Source: Eledone cirrhosa (taxonomy: Eukaryota). Taken from it: a DNA stretch of 64,000 nucleotides. Position numbers and translations under genes: made by a program. Location of the stretch: NCBI GenBank assembly GCA_964016885.1, contig OZ024755.1:15810001-15874000 (forward strand), read 5' to 3'. This document shows, piece by piece, positions 16,063 to 30,335 of this stretch. The notes under the pieces are model-generated. The model was not told the origin of the DNA. It saw nothing but the letters and a program-made list of their open reading frames with translations, and did no database searches. Each line of letters opens with the position of its first letter. Within the stretch, counting starts at the first letter, position 1.

Positions 16063-19000
16063 ATATTATAAATGACTGATCAGTTTCAACAAATATACTG
16101 GGTAAAAACCTTACTTTGTTTTGTTTTATTTATAATTCTTTGCACTTTATATATTTCTACTACATTGTACCGGCTTTCTGAAACTTATCACTCATTTATT
16201 ACATATCTCACATTGTGTGTTGTGTGTGTGTTTCTATGTGTCTGTGACTTCGGATGTATTTGTATGTATGTATGTGTATATGTGTGTGTGTGACTACGAG
16301 TGTATCTAAATGTCTGTTTTTGTGACTATTGTGAGTATGTCTGTGTTTGCGTGTATGTGTAAGTGTCTGTGTGTCGGCAAGTGTGTTTGTGTGTGCGTGA
16401 ATGTGTCTGTGTTTAGATGTGTTTTTGTTGTGTATTTGTTTATGTTTGGGATTCCGTGTGTGTCTGTGTTGTGTATGCATAAATGTGTCTATGTTTGTGT
16501 GTGTGAGTGTGTTGTGTGTTTGGGTATGTGTATATGTGTGTATTGTGTGTATGAGTGTGTGTCTGTGTTTGGGTGTCCATATGTGTGAATGTGTGTGTGT
16601 GAAAATGTGTGTATTGTGGGGAGGAAGGAGTATATGTAAATGGTTCTGTTTATAAATGGAGATATTTAACAACATGATTAGATATCAACATGGGATTAAA
16701 TATATATATATATATACTGTATTAGTTCATACATTTATTCCTCGATGTATGCATATTAATGAATTCATTCTTAAATCTCATTAGTGTGTTAATATGCGAC
16801 TAAACGACGAGTTTGTATTAATTATTGTCTCTGTTGGATTGTTTGTTTATTTGCTTGTTTATTTGTTTTTGTTGTTTTTATTTATTTATTGTCTTCAGTA
16901 GAAGTGGTAGAGAGCAGGGTCTGAGAATCTTCTCTCCACCAAACCTTGATTTCATTACATCGGTGCAACTGGTGCTAAGCTTCAGCTTCTATGCGTCAAC
17001 ACCTGTAGAAAAACGTCGAGAATAAACATATACCAGAGGGACGTAGCTCGCTCTTGGAAATAATTATTGAAGAAATTATATAGTGTTGGATCATTGGGAT
17101 TAGACATAGTAGAGGTGATGAAAGGAAGAGAGTGTTGATGTGTCAGCAGCACGTCGAGTCACGTAGTTTTTCAGTCTTATAGTATTTCATTTTTCTTACT
17201 TTATTTTTTAGTTTTTAAACATAATAATTTTAATATCTGCATAATAATATATTTTACATCGTATCTAAACAATTTTTTATCACAATAATATATGTCTGGA
17301 CAATGTGAGACAAAACTCTCAGATTAGACGAACAAAACACCAGGTCTCAGAAACAGGCAGCTTCATGGTCTCAGTCGAAAGAATAGAGAAAGTTTTAGTC
17401 TGATAGTTATGACACAACCTGATTGAGCTACATTTCATGGTATTTCGCTACCTTTGACGAAGTTCCATCTGCTGTAAGTATTTGAGTCAAAAACCCTGGT
17501 TCCCTTTAAGGGTTTATGTAAATTGGATATATAATTCATAATTCGATTAATAAATTATTGTACGTTAATATTTTGTTTCAAAGTTGTATTTCACTACAGA
17601 ATACATACGTATATTGGTTTATAGCCAGCAGTATATGTAGTAAATATATTGTTTGTATATACAATATCAAAACCAACTAACAGTGGATCCAGTGATAGAC
17701 CCCGAGCAATATGGTTGGATAACATGGGAGTTCAGAATCAATTGGATACGTTTACTTCTGAACGAAGTACTTGAGAACTTGCGCTGAACGAAGTACTTGA
17801 GAACTCTGCCTCCCACTACGACCCTTTCATGGAGGAGGAGGAGGGGGTGGAGGAGGAAGAGAAGAAGAAGAAGAAGAAGAAGAAGAAGAAGAAGAAGAAG
17901 AAGAAGAAGAAGACGAAGAAGGGGTCTATCCCAGGGTCTCCTGTCGTTTGTTTTTGCCCATAAAATCTATCCAACGATTCTTTCCTGAGACATTCTAACC
18001 ACATAACCATAATATCAGAGCTTATAATCTCTCAATTCTGAGAAGTAGCGGCTTTGTCTGGTGCGACTCTCTGATCTCCGAGCTACGCACTCTATCGAAT
18101 AACGTTACTCCATAAATAATTCTTTCTTGATAAATAATTTGATTAATACGTTGCTGGTATGTTAACAGTGGTTTGTTTTAATGCTGCATTTTACTACCGA
18201 ATATACCTTATGTCTGTCTCAACCTTGAAATGTGATAAATCCCTGTCGTGTCACGATTTGACTTATTTACTAACCTTGAGATCTACATCTAAAGCAGTTT
18301 CTTTCTCATTTTGAATCAATTTCTGAAATGAAATTGGGGTCAAAGGGCTTTCAATGCCTTTAACTTCACATGTTAACATATTTATGTTATATACTGTATA
18401 TGGTGTTGGATGTGTATTGGTTTTTCTTTTCTTACTTTCTTTTTTTGTTTTTATTTCTTTCGGTTTTCTCTGAGAAAGCTTGATTTCTTATCTTGATTTA
18501 ATAGCATTTTCAGCAGTTTTTCTTCCCTTGTAGTTCACTGAGATAAAGTTCCATCTGAACTGTATGTAGAATATCACTAAAATGTTGATTGCTTCAATTT
18601 TGATTTTAACACCGAGATCGATTTTTGTAGCTAATCTAACTTGGTGATGGAGTTTTATGTTTGGCCTCCAAATATTTTATGAAAGTTTCATGCTTTACCA
18701 ATGTCACGTCTTCAGCTAATTCACTTTCTTTTGTTTGTTTGTTTGTTTTTTGTGCATGTGTGTGCGTTGTTGTTGTTTTTATTTTCTTTGTTTTGCTTTT
18801 TTGTGTGCGTGTGTGTTTTTTTCTTACTCAATATTTGATGACTGATACATTTTAAATCTCTAGGATATAGCTCTGAAACTTTTTGCTATATAAAAATCCA
18901 TAAACATTTCTGCTTTAAATAATTTCATGTCGCACAATATTGCTTCCATTTATGAGCCCAACCTTCTAAACCACTTTATGTACTCAGTATATCTAAGATA

Positions 19001-19241
19001 GTTGCGCTTACTTCATCTACCTCATAATCACATTCCGTTTTATTGAATACGATGCTTAAGGAAGTTAATACAAGCTAGAACATTGTAGATAAGAGTAAAA
19101 AATATTTTATTTCATACATGTAAATTTTCCGTCACAGGGATCCTTTTCTGTTGACTTAATACGAGCTTTGTCTTCACTTTCCATACGTTTTTACGATCCT
19201 CGTTGAAAGCGGGCAGATTACCATTATTTGAAGAACTAATA

Positions 19242-19427
19242 GGCGGTGGATTGGCAGTATTGGTAGAGTGTCGGATGCCATGCTTTGGCGCATAGAGTTA
19301 CGGCCCTTGCCATTCTGAGTTCAAATCCCGCCGAGGTTAACTTTGCCTTTCATCCTTACGGGGTCGATAAAATAAAGTACCAGTAATACACTGGGTAATT
19401 GCTGGCCTTGTGCCTAACGTAGAAACA
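19242..19427 (+). mobile_element. Full-length tRNA-derived SINE family 1 with target-site duplication
   Basis: GGCGGTGGATTGGCAGTATTGGTAGAG head, GAGTTCAAATCCC B box, GCCTTTCATCCTTACGGGGTCGATAAAATAAAGTACCAG central domain (Meta-domain-like); TSD ATTATTTGAAGAACTAATA(GG) at 19223 and 19428. Confidence 0.9.
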
Positions 19428-20411
19428 ATTATTTGAAGAACTAATAGGTAAACAAGAGCTGTTCAAAACCATTTTTCTAACTATAGTTTTCTTGTTTTAC
19501 TTGTTTATCCTGATTTATTGTGTTAACTGGGATCTGAACTTCAAAGTTATCCGATCGTTTTCTTTTCATCGCTTGATCCAGTCTTCTCCATTCTGTCCGC
19601 TAGAATTATGAGGCAGTGATTAGTAAACAGTGAGTTGTAAATATAACCGCCGATGTTAGCTTTGCCTTTTATCCTTACGGGGTCGATAAAATAAAGCATC
19701 AGTAATGAACTGGGGTCGATTTAATTGACTTTCATTTCCCCAAAAATTGTTGGCCTTGTGCATAAATCAGAAATCCTTATTATTATAACTAATGCTGTTG
19801 TTGTTGGTGGTGGTGTTTTTGTTTTTGTTGTTGTTGTTGTTGTTGTTTTTGTTGTTGTTGGTGGTGGTGGTTGTGGTGGAGGTATTATCAGTGTATACAT
19901 TCGTGCACATGCTGCTTAATGTGATTCCACACGGGTCAGTGGTCAAGATAATTGGTGTTATGTGTGCGAAAATTATGCCAAGCACAAGTAAAACACCTTC
20001 CCTTGGTATTCAACTTAAACTAACACACAAACAGAACAACAACTGATATTGATTAAAAATGAATAATAACAATGTTTGACTAATTTTCAATTTGGTTGCT
20101 GGATTTGTTATTAAAAGCTGCTCTCTTTTTTAAAAAGATATTTTTAAAGGAACTTTTCTTAGATTTTTTTTTCATTATTAATTCATTTGTAGCACGTGAT
20201 CAAGTGTGTGAGTGAATAGAACTCTTTCTGGTGTTTGGATCGTTAAAGAAATTAAATAGAATTTTCGTGATTTTGTTTCACATTAATTTACACTAGAATA
20301 CATCCAAATAAAGATCTGTTCACAAGTCGCTGACCCAGCTGGCTTAAAAAATGGACAAATGTCTTCACCGACTGATATATGTGTGTGTTAACTAATTAAT
20401 GACTGACTTGC

Positions 20412-20444
<33 letters not shown>

Positions 20445-20447
<3 letters not shown>

Positions 20448-20537
20448 GGTGTCCCAAAAAAATGCACATACACTTTGATTACCTGTACAAGCAATATTTA
20501 TGAGAATGCACAGCCTTTGTGTATACATTTTTGGGAC

Positions 20538-20543
<6 letters not shown>
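20445..20543. mobile_element. Tc1/mariner-type MITE in (TA)n
   Basis: TIRs CATGGTGTCCCAAAAA / TTTTTGGGACACCCTA; TA flanks; sister copy at 33710-33786. Confidence 0.8.
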
Positions 20544-20615
<72 letters not shown>

Positions 20616-22567
20616 CATGTGTTTGTGATGTGCGTATGTGTGGGTGTAGCTGTGTGTCTGTCTGTCTCTGATATATGTATGTGTTAACTAACTGCTGACT
20701 GCTCTACAGACTGCATTAGACGTAGCATGATTAAGAAATTTGTTTCGTAACTACAACCCTCTCGGGTTCGATACTGCCGTCTGATGTCTTAGACAAGTGT
20801 CTTTTTTTACCATAACTTCGGATCGAGCCAATCAGTTTACCGAGTGGCATTCCAAATGATTGTCGTTATGTTATGAATGTGGACAGATGTGGCTGAGTGG
20901 TTAAGAAGTTCCGGGCTGCACTCCACTGCATAGTATCTTGAACGAGTGAGCTTACTTTAATCTAGGGTTGACCCAAGCGAAATTGGGTAGATTGAAATTG
21001 CTTACAAGCCGTAAGCAATTTCAATACAGATAGATATATATACGCGCACACGTATGTGCATGTATGTGTGTGCGTGTGTGTGTATGGATTAACATTTTAA
21101 TACCTGTGGAGTCAGTGATTTGTTAATGGTTTAGTTAATGTTTCCATTGTATATAAGGATTTAGGTTTTTTTTCTGTTGAGAAAAAAATAAGGATAGATT
21201 TTTTTATCTTAATTATATAAAAGATATATCTTTAATGTGGCAAGTGAATATATAGTAGGCTCCTTGTATCACCAACAATAGCTTTAGGGTATTTTATGTC
21301 ACGAAAGTGATAACGGTAATTGTTTTTATACCACTTTTACGGCCGGGTTTTTGTTGGGAAATGTCTATTGCATATCTGTTTTACAACTAAAAGAGGTCGT
21401 TAGTCTCTGGCTTAACCCTATTTCATTTCTAGAGTAATAGACATCGTAAGCGGTCTCCAACGACCTTTCTCACAGTTCGACGTAGCCGATTCAGGGAGAA
21501 CGAGAAAGAGAGAGGAGCAGGGGAAGATAGAGAATGAAAGAGAGAGAAGAGAAAAACGGACATAAAGGTAGAGTGAGAGAGGGGAGAGTGAGAGGCAAAC
21601 AGCCACTGAAAGAGAGAGGTAAAAGGGAGAGATAAATGAGAGAGAGGGAGAGAGAGAGACAGCGAAAAGGAGAAAAATACATAAAAATAAAGAAGGGGGG
21701 ATAGCGAGAGAGAAAGAGAGAGAGAGACAGATAGTGAAAGAGAGAAAAACGGACCAAAATAGAGAGGGAGGTATAGTGAGAGAGAGCAATAAAGGAGAGA
21801 CAGTAAAATAATGAAAGATAGAAAAAAACGAATAATCGACATCAGTATTTAAATGGTACTTTATTTATCGACCACCGAAATCATAAAACCGAAGTTGATT
21901 TTGGCAGGATTAGTACGCATAGAACAGAGAGTCTGAACTAATAAGACAAGACATTCTATCCGACACTATTGAAACCTCACTGTCTCACCTATTTCATTAG
22001 TATCAGTACAGATATAACTAATGTCCTGCACCATCAGTTCTCCAGTCCTATAAATCTGAATCCTAGAACCCGTTTAAAAAATTATAACAGAGATCCAGTG
22101 ACCAGGTTAAAATGTTTATTTGTAGCCGTTTTTATTCCACTAATAACGTCGTTTTCGTCTACGTTGTTCTTGCTGCCGTTGTTCAGGTATACACAAGTAT
22201 TAACCGATCTGCTATAAAGGTGCCTCTCTTAGTAGTGTTCTTGGATATTTTAATGACTGCCACTTCCAATCCTGTCACAATTTTCCCACTGAAATGAGAG
22301 GAGGGAGGGGTCTAAATGTAGAGCCGAAACAGGTATAAAATTACCACTAACGGTTACCCCAATCTGCTACCTTAGATTGGTATTTTATCGACCGCAAAAC
22401 GCAAAGTTGACCTCCGCTGGAACTGTACTCAGAGCGCGGAGTTCCAGATCAAACCCTAGAAAAAAATACAATCTATCCGACATCTAGCAACGCTACCTTA
22501 CGCTCACAAGAAACATTAATATTGATTTCTGAGGCACAAGGGGCCAGCAATTTTGTGAAAGAATAAT

Positions 22568-22756
22568 AATTGTTTCTACTTTTGGCACAAGGCCAGCAAT
22601 TACCCAGTGCATTACTGGTACTTTATTTTATCGACCCTGTAAGGATGAAAGGCAAAGTTAACCTCGGCGGGATTTGAACTCAGAATGGCAAGGTCCGTAA
22701 CTCTCTGCGTCAAAGCATGGCGTCCGACCCTCTACCGATACTGCCAATCCACCGCC
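22568..22756 (-). mobile_element. Full-length SINE family 1
   Basis: Reverse complement of the 19242-19427 consensus. Confidence 0.9.
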
Positions 22757-23190
22757 CTGAAAAAATAAAAAAGTATTATTTCCGATACCCTAACGGCTCT
22801 GCTAATTTACTGCCTTATATAATATACAGACGTATGCACATACACATACAAACACATACACACATTTACACACAGTCACACATACACACATACACTCATA
22901 CACACACACACGCACACGTACACTTACGTCATAAGGGAGCATTTTTTTAACGAAACGAAAAAAAGAATCTGAAAATATTCAATGTTATATATTTGTGATA
23001 TGTTAATTTATAATTTATCGCCTCCATTCACCATTGCTGCTTAATAAATGAAGATATGATTTATGGTTGCTGTTATTGTTGATGTTGTTGTGGATGAATT
23101 TCGTTATTGTTGCTATTGTTGTTGTGGGTGAATTTTGTCTTGGCTTTGTTATTTTATTGTATGATTTATGTATATATGTGCGTGTGTGTG

Positions 23191-23238
<48 letters not shown>

Positions 23239-23370
23239 GGAAAAATATATATATATATAAGTATCAGCCGTACTAAGAGTGAGAAATGAAATTTCATTTT
23301 TTCCATTTATATATATATATATATATATATATACGGGTCTGTATATATATATATATATACGGGTGTGTAT

Positions 23371-23462
<92 letters not shown>

Positions 23463-26400
23463 CGTATGTGGTTGACGGCTGAGGGAAAAGAGTACTCAAT
23501 ACCGAAGTAGAGATTTAATATTCATTTGTATTAATATATAATATATTATACTATATTATATTATACTATATTATATTATACTATATTATATATGGAGGAA
23601 CACGGGGGAGAACTTTCCTTTACTTTTCAATTTACAGTTTGTAGCGTCTACACCTTCCTTCCTCCTTCCTACCCTCAGCCATATGAACTTTAACCCTTTT
23701 CCTGAAACCCTTTCCACTGATTTTATATATATATATATATATATGGGATCCAAGTTGTCGACCTCTTCGTGTCGGGCCCTGGAAACTGATCACTGATCTC
23801 CGATCTCGATCACACGAACGATAACAACCTGAGACAGCAACAGTCCCATACGTATACGTATATATGTATCTATACTTATACACACACACACACATTTATT
23901 TATATATATATATATATATGTGTGTGTGTACACATGTTTTCAATTTGTCCTGCTATCTAACGTATGTTATTACTCTGAGCACAGCTCATGGAGTGCTTGG
24001 CTGCATAATTCCTGATTGTATTTCGTTAGCTTGGCTACAGCCGAAACTTCGATTTTACTAAACTTCTATTTGTATATGTGTGTGTGTGTGTGGGGGGGGG
24101 GGGGTGCATATAAGTTTTTGACAGTTTATTGTGTGTATGAAGGATTCAATGATGTTTGTGACCATAACAGAGAGAAAGAGAGAGAGAGATAAATAGATAG
24201 ATAGATAGAGATGGAGTGGAGTAATGGTGATTAGGAGAGAAAGGAGAGAGGGGGATAACAGAGATAAGAGACAATTGAGAGGAGTGGGTACGTATGAAAG
24301 AGAAGTTTATGAATAATACAGACTTTGCTCGGTTTCATGCACATATTTGCTTGAAATCGGAGGAGAGGAAAGAGAAAGATAAGCAACGCCAGTTGAGCAA
24401 AATATTATATGATTGAATTGAATGATTATAATAGAAGAGAGGGTGGTGGTGGAAATGGGGGCTCAGTGAGGAGAGAGAGAGAGAGACAATGGTGAGTAAC
24501 TCAGAGCTCTGTTACACTTATCAAATCATGACTTGTTCATCGGAAATGTACGATGTAATAATGATCTCTGAAAATCTGTAATTTCCTGTTAGCTATTCTC
24601 GTCAGAACTTGATTCCGCGTTGTTCACGACGGCCATATCTTATCGTTGCAAATTAAAGTTCTTTCTAACAAAACCCTCTTGCAATCCTCCTACTACTACT
24701 ACTATTCCCCTCCTTGTTCTTCTCCTCATCCTACTCCTCTCCTTGTCCTCCTCCTCATAGTCTGCCTCCTCCCATTCACACTCTTCTGCATTCTCACCCT
24801 GTTACTCTCGTTCGTCTCGGCCACAATAATGTTCTTCTTATTATTGTTGCTTAGGTTTGTTGTATTTATTCTAATATTTTCCTTATTATTTTTCCTATAT
24901 TTTTTTATGTTATTTATATTCTGTATTTTCGTGTGGGTTTTCTGTCTGTCTTTTATCATATATTATTTATACAAACATTTTTGTTTTCCTCTATTGCTCG
25001 GCATACAAATGTTTAGCTTGGTACCTAAGCCATACAGACATTTTGTCTGAGTAATCTTCTTTCACTTCTGCTTCCCATAAATCCTTTTCCTGTTAAATAT
25101 TGAAAGACAGAAAAACCCCAAACAATGTTTCACAAAATAGTAATAATAATAATATTTTTAAATCGAATTCAATAAAACAAACAAATTTAATCAACAACAA
25201 AATCTTTTCTTTTCCATTTTGTTTTCACTTCAAATATAAGTCTGAAGTGTAAAATGTGAAAATGGTATCGTGTTGTTTTAAGTTTTTTGGTGAGGTCATT
25301 ACACTCTTAAAATCATTTCAACTACTTTAGTTAAGTCAAGCTTTCCTCTACGTCACACGCCAATACAAATATTTATATAATTGAAATAAACCTCAACCAT
25401 AAATTCCTCATGTGTAATCATTGGATCTTGTAGTTCCAGTCTTGTAAATGTTTTATTTTTACTATTTTACTTATTCTTTTTTTTTATTATATATATTTTT
25501 TTTATTAAAATGGCTAAACCTTGTCTTGGTAATGGTACCTAATTTAAGCAATAAGTTAATTTGTAAATAATTTAATGAATGAATCAATTGATGCGGTATG
25601 TATATCATGATGATTGTGTTTTTGTTAGTGGTGGTGCTGCTGCTGTTACTGATGCTGCTTTACGTTCTGAGTTCAAATCTCGCCAAGGTTAGCTTTGCTT
25701 TTCATCCTTACGAAGTCGATAAGTAATGCACTGGGGTCGATTTAATCGACTTCCTCTTCTAAAAATTGTTAGCCTTTTGCCTTCATCAGAAACCATTATT
25801 TTAAGTATTATTGTTTCTTATACAAATGGGAGACCCAAATGTCAGACCCCAAACTTTAATCGACCTCCTGGATAGTCCCATTTACCACTTTAAGAGATCC
25901 TGACCTAGATTCTCCCTCATTGACTCTACCAGTGGTAGTAGACGAATCTATTTACCTTTATGTTGATAGCCATACTCTATCAAATCAGAATTCTGTGTAT
26001 GTAGGACATTTATTTAAAATAAAGCAATGAAATCTAAAGTTGGCTCAAAGCCACACACATTTGGAGGGACCAAAAGTAATTGGTTTAAAATGCTTTCCAG
26101 TACTTCATTGGTACTTATTTATCGACCTGAGGAGAGATAAAAGCAATGTATAAATTCAGTGGGATTTGAATTCAGAACGTAAAGATATTTAACTAAATAC
26201 CGCTAGGTATTCTGTTCGCTACTCCACCCCAATTTTCTCATCCATCACCCTTATTTAGTAAAACCAAATAATACTTTTAAGAGGTTGATTCAAACTAATG
26301 ATAAAAACTACAACAACCACAACAATAAAAATTCCCTTCTTAGATATCAGAATAGTGTGCTATGAAAGGAAGCAATCTAAATAGCAACGAGAAAGGAAAC

Positions 26401-26693
26401 ACACACCTTTGATGCCATTAACTACTGGCCTCTCTATTTAAACTACCACAACAAGCCGATCGATATTCGCCTTAAGGGATAAATCTAAGGATTTTAGTCA
26501 GCCATTGCTTGTGGCAAATAGCAAATGAATGAATAGTATTGCGGCTAGATATTTGTAGTGAGTTATTTTCATGTTTGTTTCTTGGTGTAAAATATATCTT
26601 TTAAAACAAAATCACCCTGAATCAATTCTCTATTCCTTGAAATAACAAATATGTTTAAAGAGAAAATATACGAGTGTAGGTGACAGAAAGGTG

Positions 26694-26733
<40 letters not shown>

Positions 26734-27037
26734 CGGTACATATGTGTTTATACGTATGTTTCTTTGTATCTATGTACAGTCTTGTTGTTTATTCAAATAC
26801 AGTTACTACTGTGGAGTTATGTAAAGAAGTAATGAGACAGACAGATGCTACTATGTTTACGGATTCATTGTCACTAGTTCAAATCATCCGCAGTGCCTTG
26901 ATTTTTTTCCAAAATATCTGAATAGAAAAAGTAAATCCCAACAATTTATTGGTCTTAATTCAATCCACTCTACCATTATATATACACATATACATTTATG
27001 AATGAATATATATATATATATATATATAAATATATAA

Positions 27038-27420
<383 letters not shown>

Positions 27421-27421
27421 T

Positions 27422-27857
27422 GTGTTTGTCGTCGTTTCTGTAGTGGAGTCTGTGCTGCTGTACGAGTCTGAGACTTGGACACTGACCAAGAAACTCACTC
27501 AGATGGATGGGTGCTACACGAGAATGCTGAGGATGGCTCTGAACATTAATCAGTATACTCTGAGGATGAAGAACTCAGAGCTGTACGGGAGCCTCCCAAA
27601 AGTCAGCTCAAAGGTGACACAGAGGAGACTGAGGTTAGCTGGACTTGCTCACCGACATCCAGAGTTGACACTGCACTCAGTGCTCCTGTGGGATCTCCTG
27701 CATGGACACACTGGAAGAGGAAGACCGAGGTTAACATATGTTGATGCTCTGGGGACAGACACTGGTCTCTTAGAGACGCAGGACATGGGAGCGATAATGA
27801 GGGACAGAGACCGCTGGAAAAAACTCGTCCTTGGATCTCGGGAATTTTACCCGCCCT
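27422..27857 (+). pseudogene. RTE-clade LINE 3' end
   Basis: VESVLLYESETWTLTK...DGCYTRMLRMAL...RRLRLAG...GRGRPRLTYVD...DRDRW motifs; ends in TA repeats. Confidence 0.88.
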
Positions 27858-27866
27858 ATATATATA

Positions 27867-27995
27867 TGCGTGTTATAGTAAGTTCGATTCCTGTCCCAGG
27901 TTGTGTGTTGTGTTCTGGAGCCAAACATTTTATTTCATGTTGCTCCAGTTTACTCAGCTGTAGAAATGACTTGCGACGTCACTGATGCCAAGCGA
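27867..27995 (+). mobile_element. SINE family 2 fragment
   Basis: AGTTCGATTCCTG B box and TTTATTTCATGTTGCTCCAGTTTACTCAGCTG shared with the 40892 and 43652 copies. Confidence 0.65.
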
Positions 27996-28408
27996 TCCCA
28001 AGCTGTATCAACCATCACTTTTCTCTTGGACAACATCGGTGTGCCGACATGGAGAGGGATGGACTGTGCTAGTTCATATATGCCTAAGACACACCGTGTG
28101 CCACAACGGCGCACCTACGACACCATCAGGAGTTACGGGCCCTTTATCCTTTCCCATTTAGAGCTTGAATATATTTCAAGCAGATTTTCTTTCGAAATAG
28201 AACAAGGAACGAAACTGGTATTAACGCCTCGGTAGACTTCTCTATTAACTATATCGTATATTCTATATTTGTTTACCAAAATATGTGTATTTGACTGTCT
28301 TTAGAACCCCATTGTGAGTGTGTGCACACAAATGTCATCCATTATAGATGTTTACCAGCGTTGCCCTTAGTAATCTTTCAAAATCGTTTTAGGGCATATA
28401 TATATATG

Positions 28409-28480
<72 letters not shown>

Positions 28481-28766
28481 TGTATATATGTCTGCATGTG
28501 TACATGTATGTATGTGCGCATGTATGTATATACATTTATATTTATATTTATATATGTGTGTGTGTATACATATATATATAACAGTTAGAGCTGGTTTATA
28601 TGTGAGTTTATGTATCCACACGCGTTAGCATACGTGTATTGAAATATTTAAATCGAAAAAATAATAAGTTTGGTGCCAAATTTCAGAAATCAATTAAGAC
28701 ATTCTTGAACAATTATCGTAAACAACATCAAAAATAGAAATGACAATCCACAGCCCTCCTCCTTTA

Positions 28767-28857
<91 letters not shown>

Positions 28858-29180
28858 ACTAACTAACTATCTCTTTTCCGTCACACCCCACCCTTAGCCT
28901 CTGTTTTGCCAGGTAAGTGGGCTGTGATAGGTTTAATGCTTCTCCTTGGTAACAAAATTTAAAAAAAGTGAAACAAGATGACGTCAACTGTACGTAGACG
29001 TCATCAGCCGGTCAAATGACACCTTATATGTGTGTGTGTATGAAGAGAGGGAGAGAGAGAGAGAGAGAGTGAGAGACAGACAGACAGACAGACAAACATA
29101 CTGATAGACAGACAGACTGATAGGCAGGTAGAGAAACTGTGGGAGAGAAAGAATATGTATGTATGAGTTTGTGATATGTA

Positions 29181-29262
<82 letters not shown>

Positions 29263-29345
29263 GCTGAAACCGGGAAGATCACTAATCATAGGAGTACTCA
29301 ATGCATGGATGGTTATATGCAGAATGGGTATAGAGATATCTAAAA

Positions 29346-29399
<54 letters not shown>

Positions 29400-29404
<5 letters not shown>

Positions 29405-29696
29405 CAAAATATTAATAAATGAAGACTGCCAATACTGGAATTGAACCATCAAGACAGTTGAGGTATATTATACATCAATTCATATATTTTATCTGATGAG
29501 GACGTACTGAAAAAACAGCACAATACCTCCGAAATATATATAATAAAACATATATTTTGATTATGTGAACGTCTTCATTTATTAATATTTTGAATAATAT
29601 TAATAATTCCAGAAAACTTCCTTGTAGAGTGCTTTTAATCTATTGTAAAACTATATTCATTGAGTAATCAATGAACCATATTAATCTTTGGTTTTA
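29400..29696 (+). mobile_element. HHR element family D between (TA)n tracts
   Basis: Inverted arm TATTCAAAATATTAATAAATGAAGAC (29401-29426) vs 29571-29596; internal HHR. Confidence 0.7.
29481..29555 (+). ncRNA. Type I hammerhead ribozyme
   Basis: UUUUAU-CUGAUGA-GGA.GUA...UAC.UCC-GAAA-UAUAUA-UA-AUAAAA; helix I extends past one mismatch; cleavage after 29542. Confidence 0.75.
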
Positions 29697-29750
29697 TATA
29701 TATATATAGAGAGAGAGAGAGATAGCGAAATATGTTCATTTATACAGATG

Positions 29751-29823
<73 letters not shown>

Positions 29824-29824
29824 C

Positions 29825-30335
29825 AATCTATCCCAGTTCATTTCTAGTTCCTCAATTGCACACACCATTGTTTAATTAATTTTGAAACTGCCTATTATTT
29901 TGGCATCAGATAAAATGTCTTTAACATGTATTTAACGTGTATTTAGTGAAGATTTAATATGTATTTAGCATGTAATTTATGCGTGTATTTAACTTAATCT
30001 TCAAAGTATTCTCCACTATTCTTCTTATCTTCTAGTCTTAACAAGTATAATATAATAAGCGACAATTGAAATTTATGCATTCGCATTTGTAATTTTACAG
30101 AGAAAAGTCCGTTATTAATTTCCTGAACAATAGATGAATGATGGTGGTATGGCTTAATCAGTACAGCATCGATTAAATATAGTCGATAGAAACTAAGTTT
30201 ATAACAAATATTTCACATGTTTTATATGATTCTATTATTTGTTTGGTGCAATGCACAATAATAGAGAGACAGCCTGATGCTAAGCTGGCGTTCAGAACAG
30301 TAACGAAACATATGTGTTGTTTCATCTCATGTTAT
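29825..30335 (+). repeat. Local direct duplication, copy 1 (copy 2 ~31878-32368)
   Basis: AATCTATCCCA...TTCATTTCTAGTTCCTCAATTGCACACACC continues near-identically for several hundred bp. Confidence 0.9.

Noticed and set aside
17930-19600. Possible ancient minus-strand LINE RT remnant
   Set aside because: Only vague motif echoes with many stops; needs a translated HMM search
20991-21025. 15-bp-stem hairpin as terminator or miRNA
   Set aside because: Too short for a pre-miRNA; eukaryotic context; lies at the end of a SINE remnant and looks like a local fold-back
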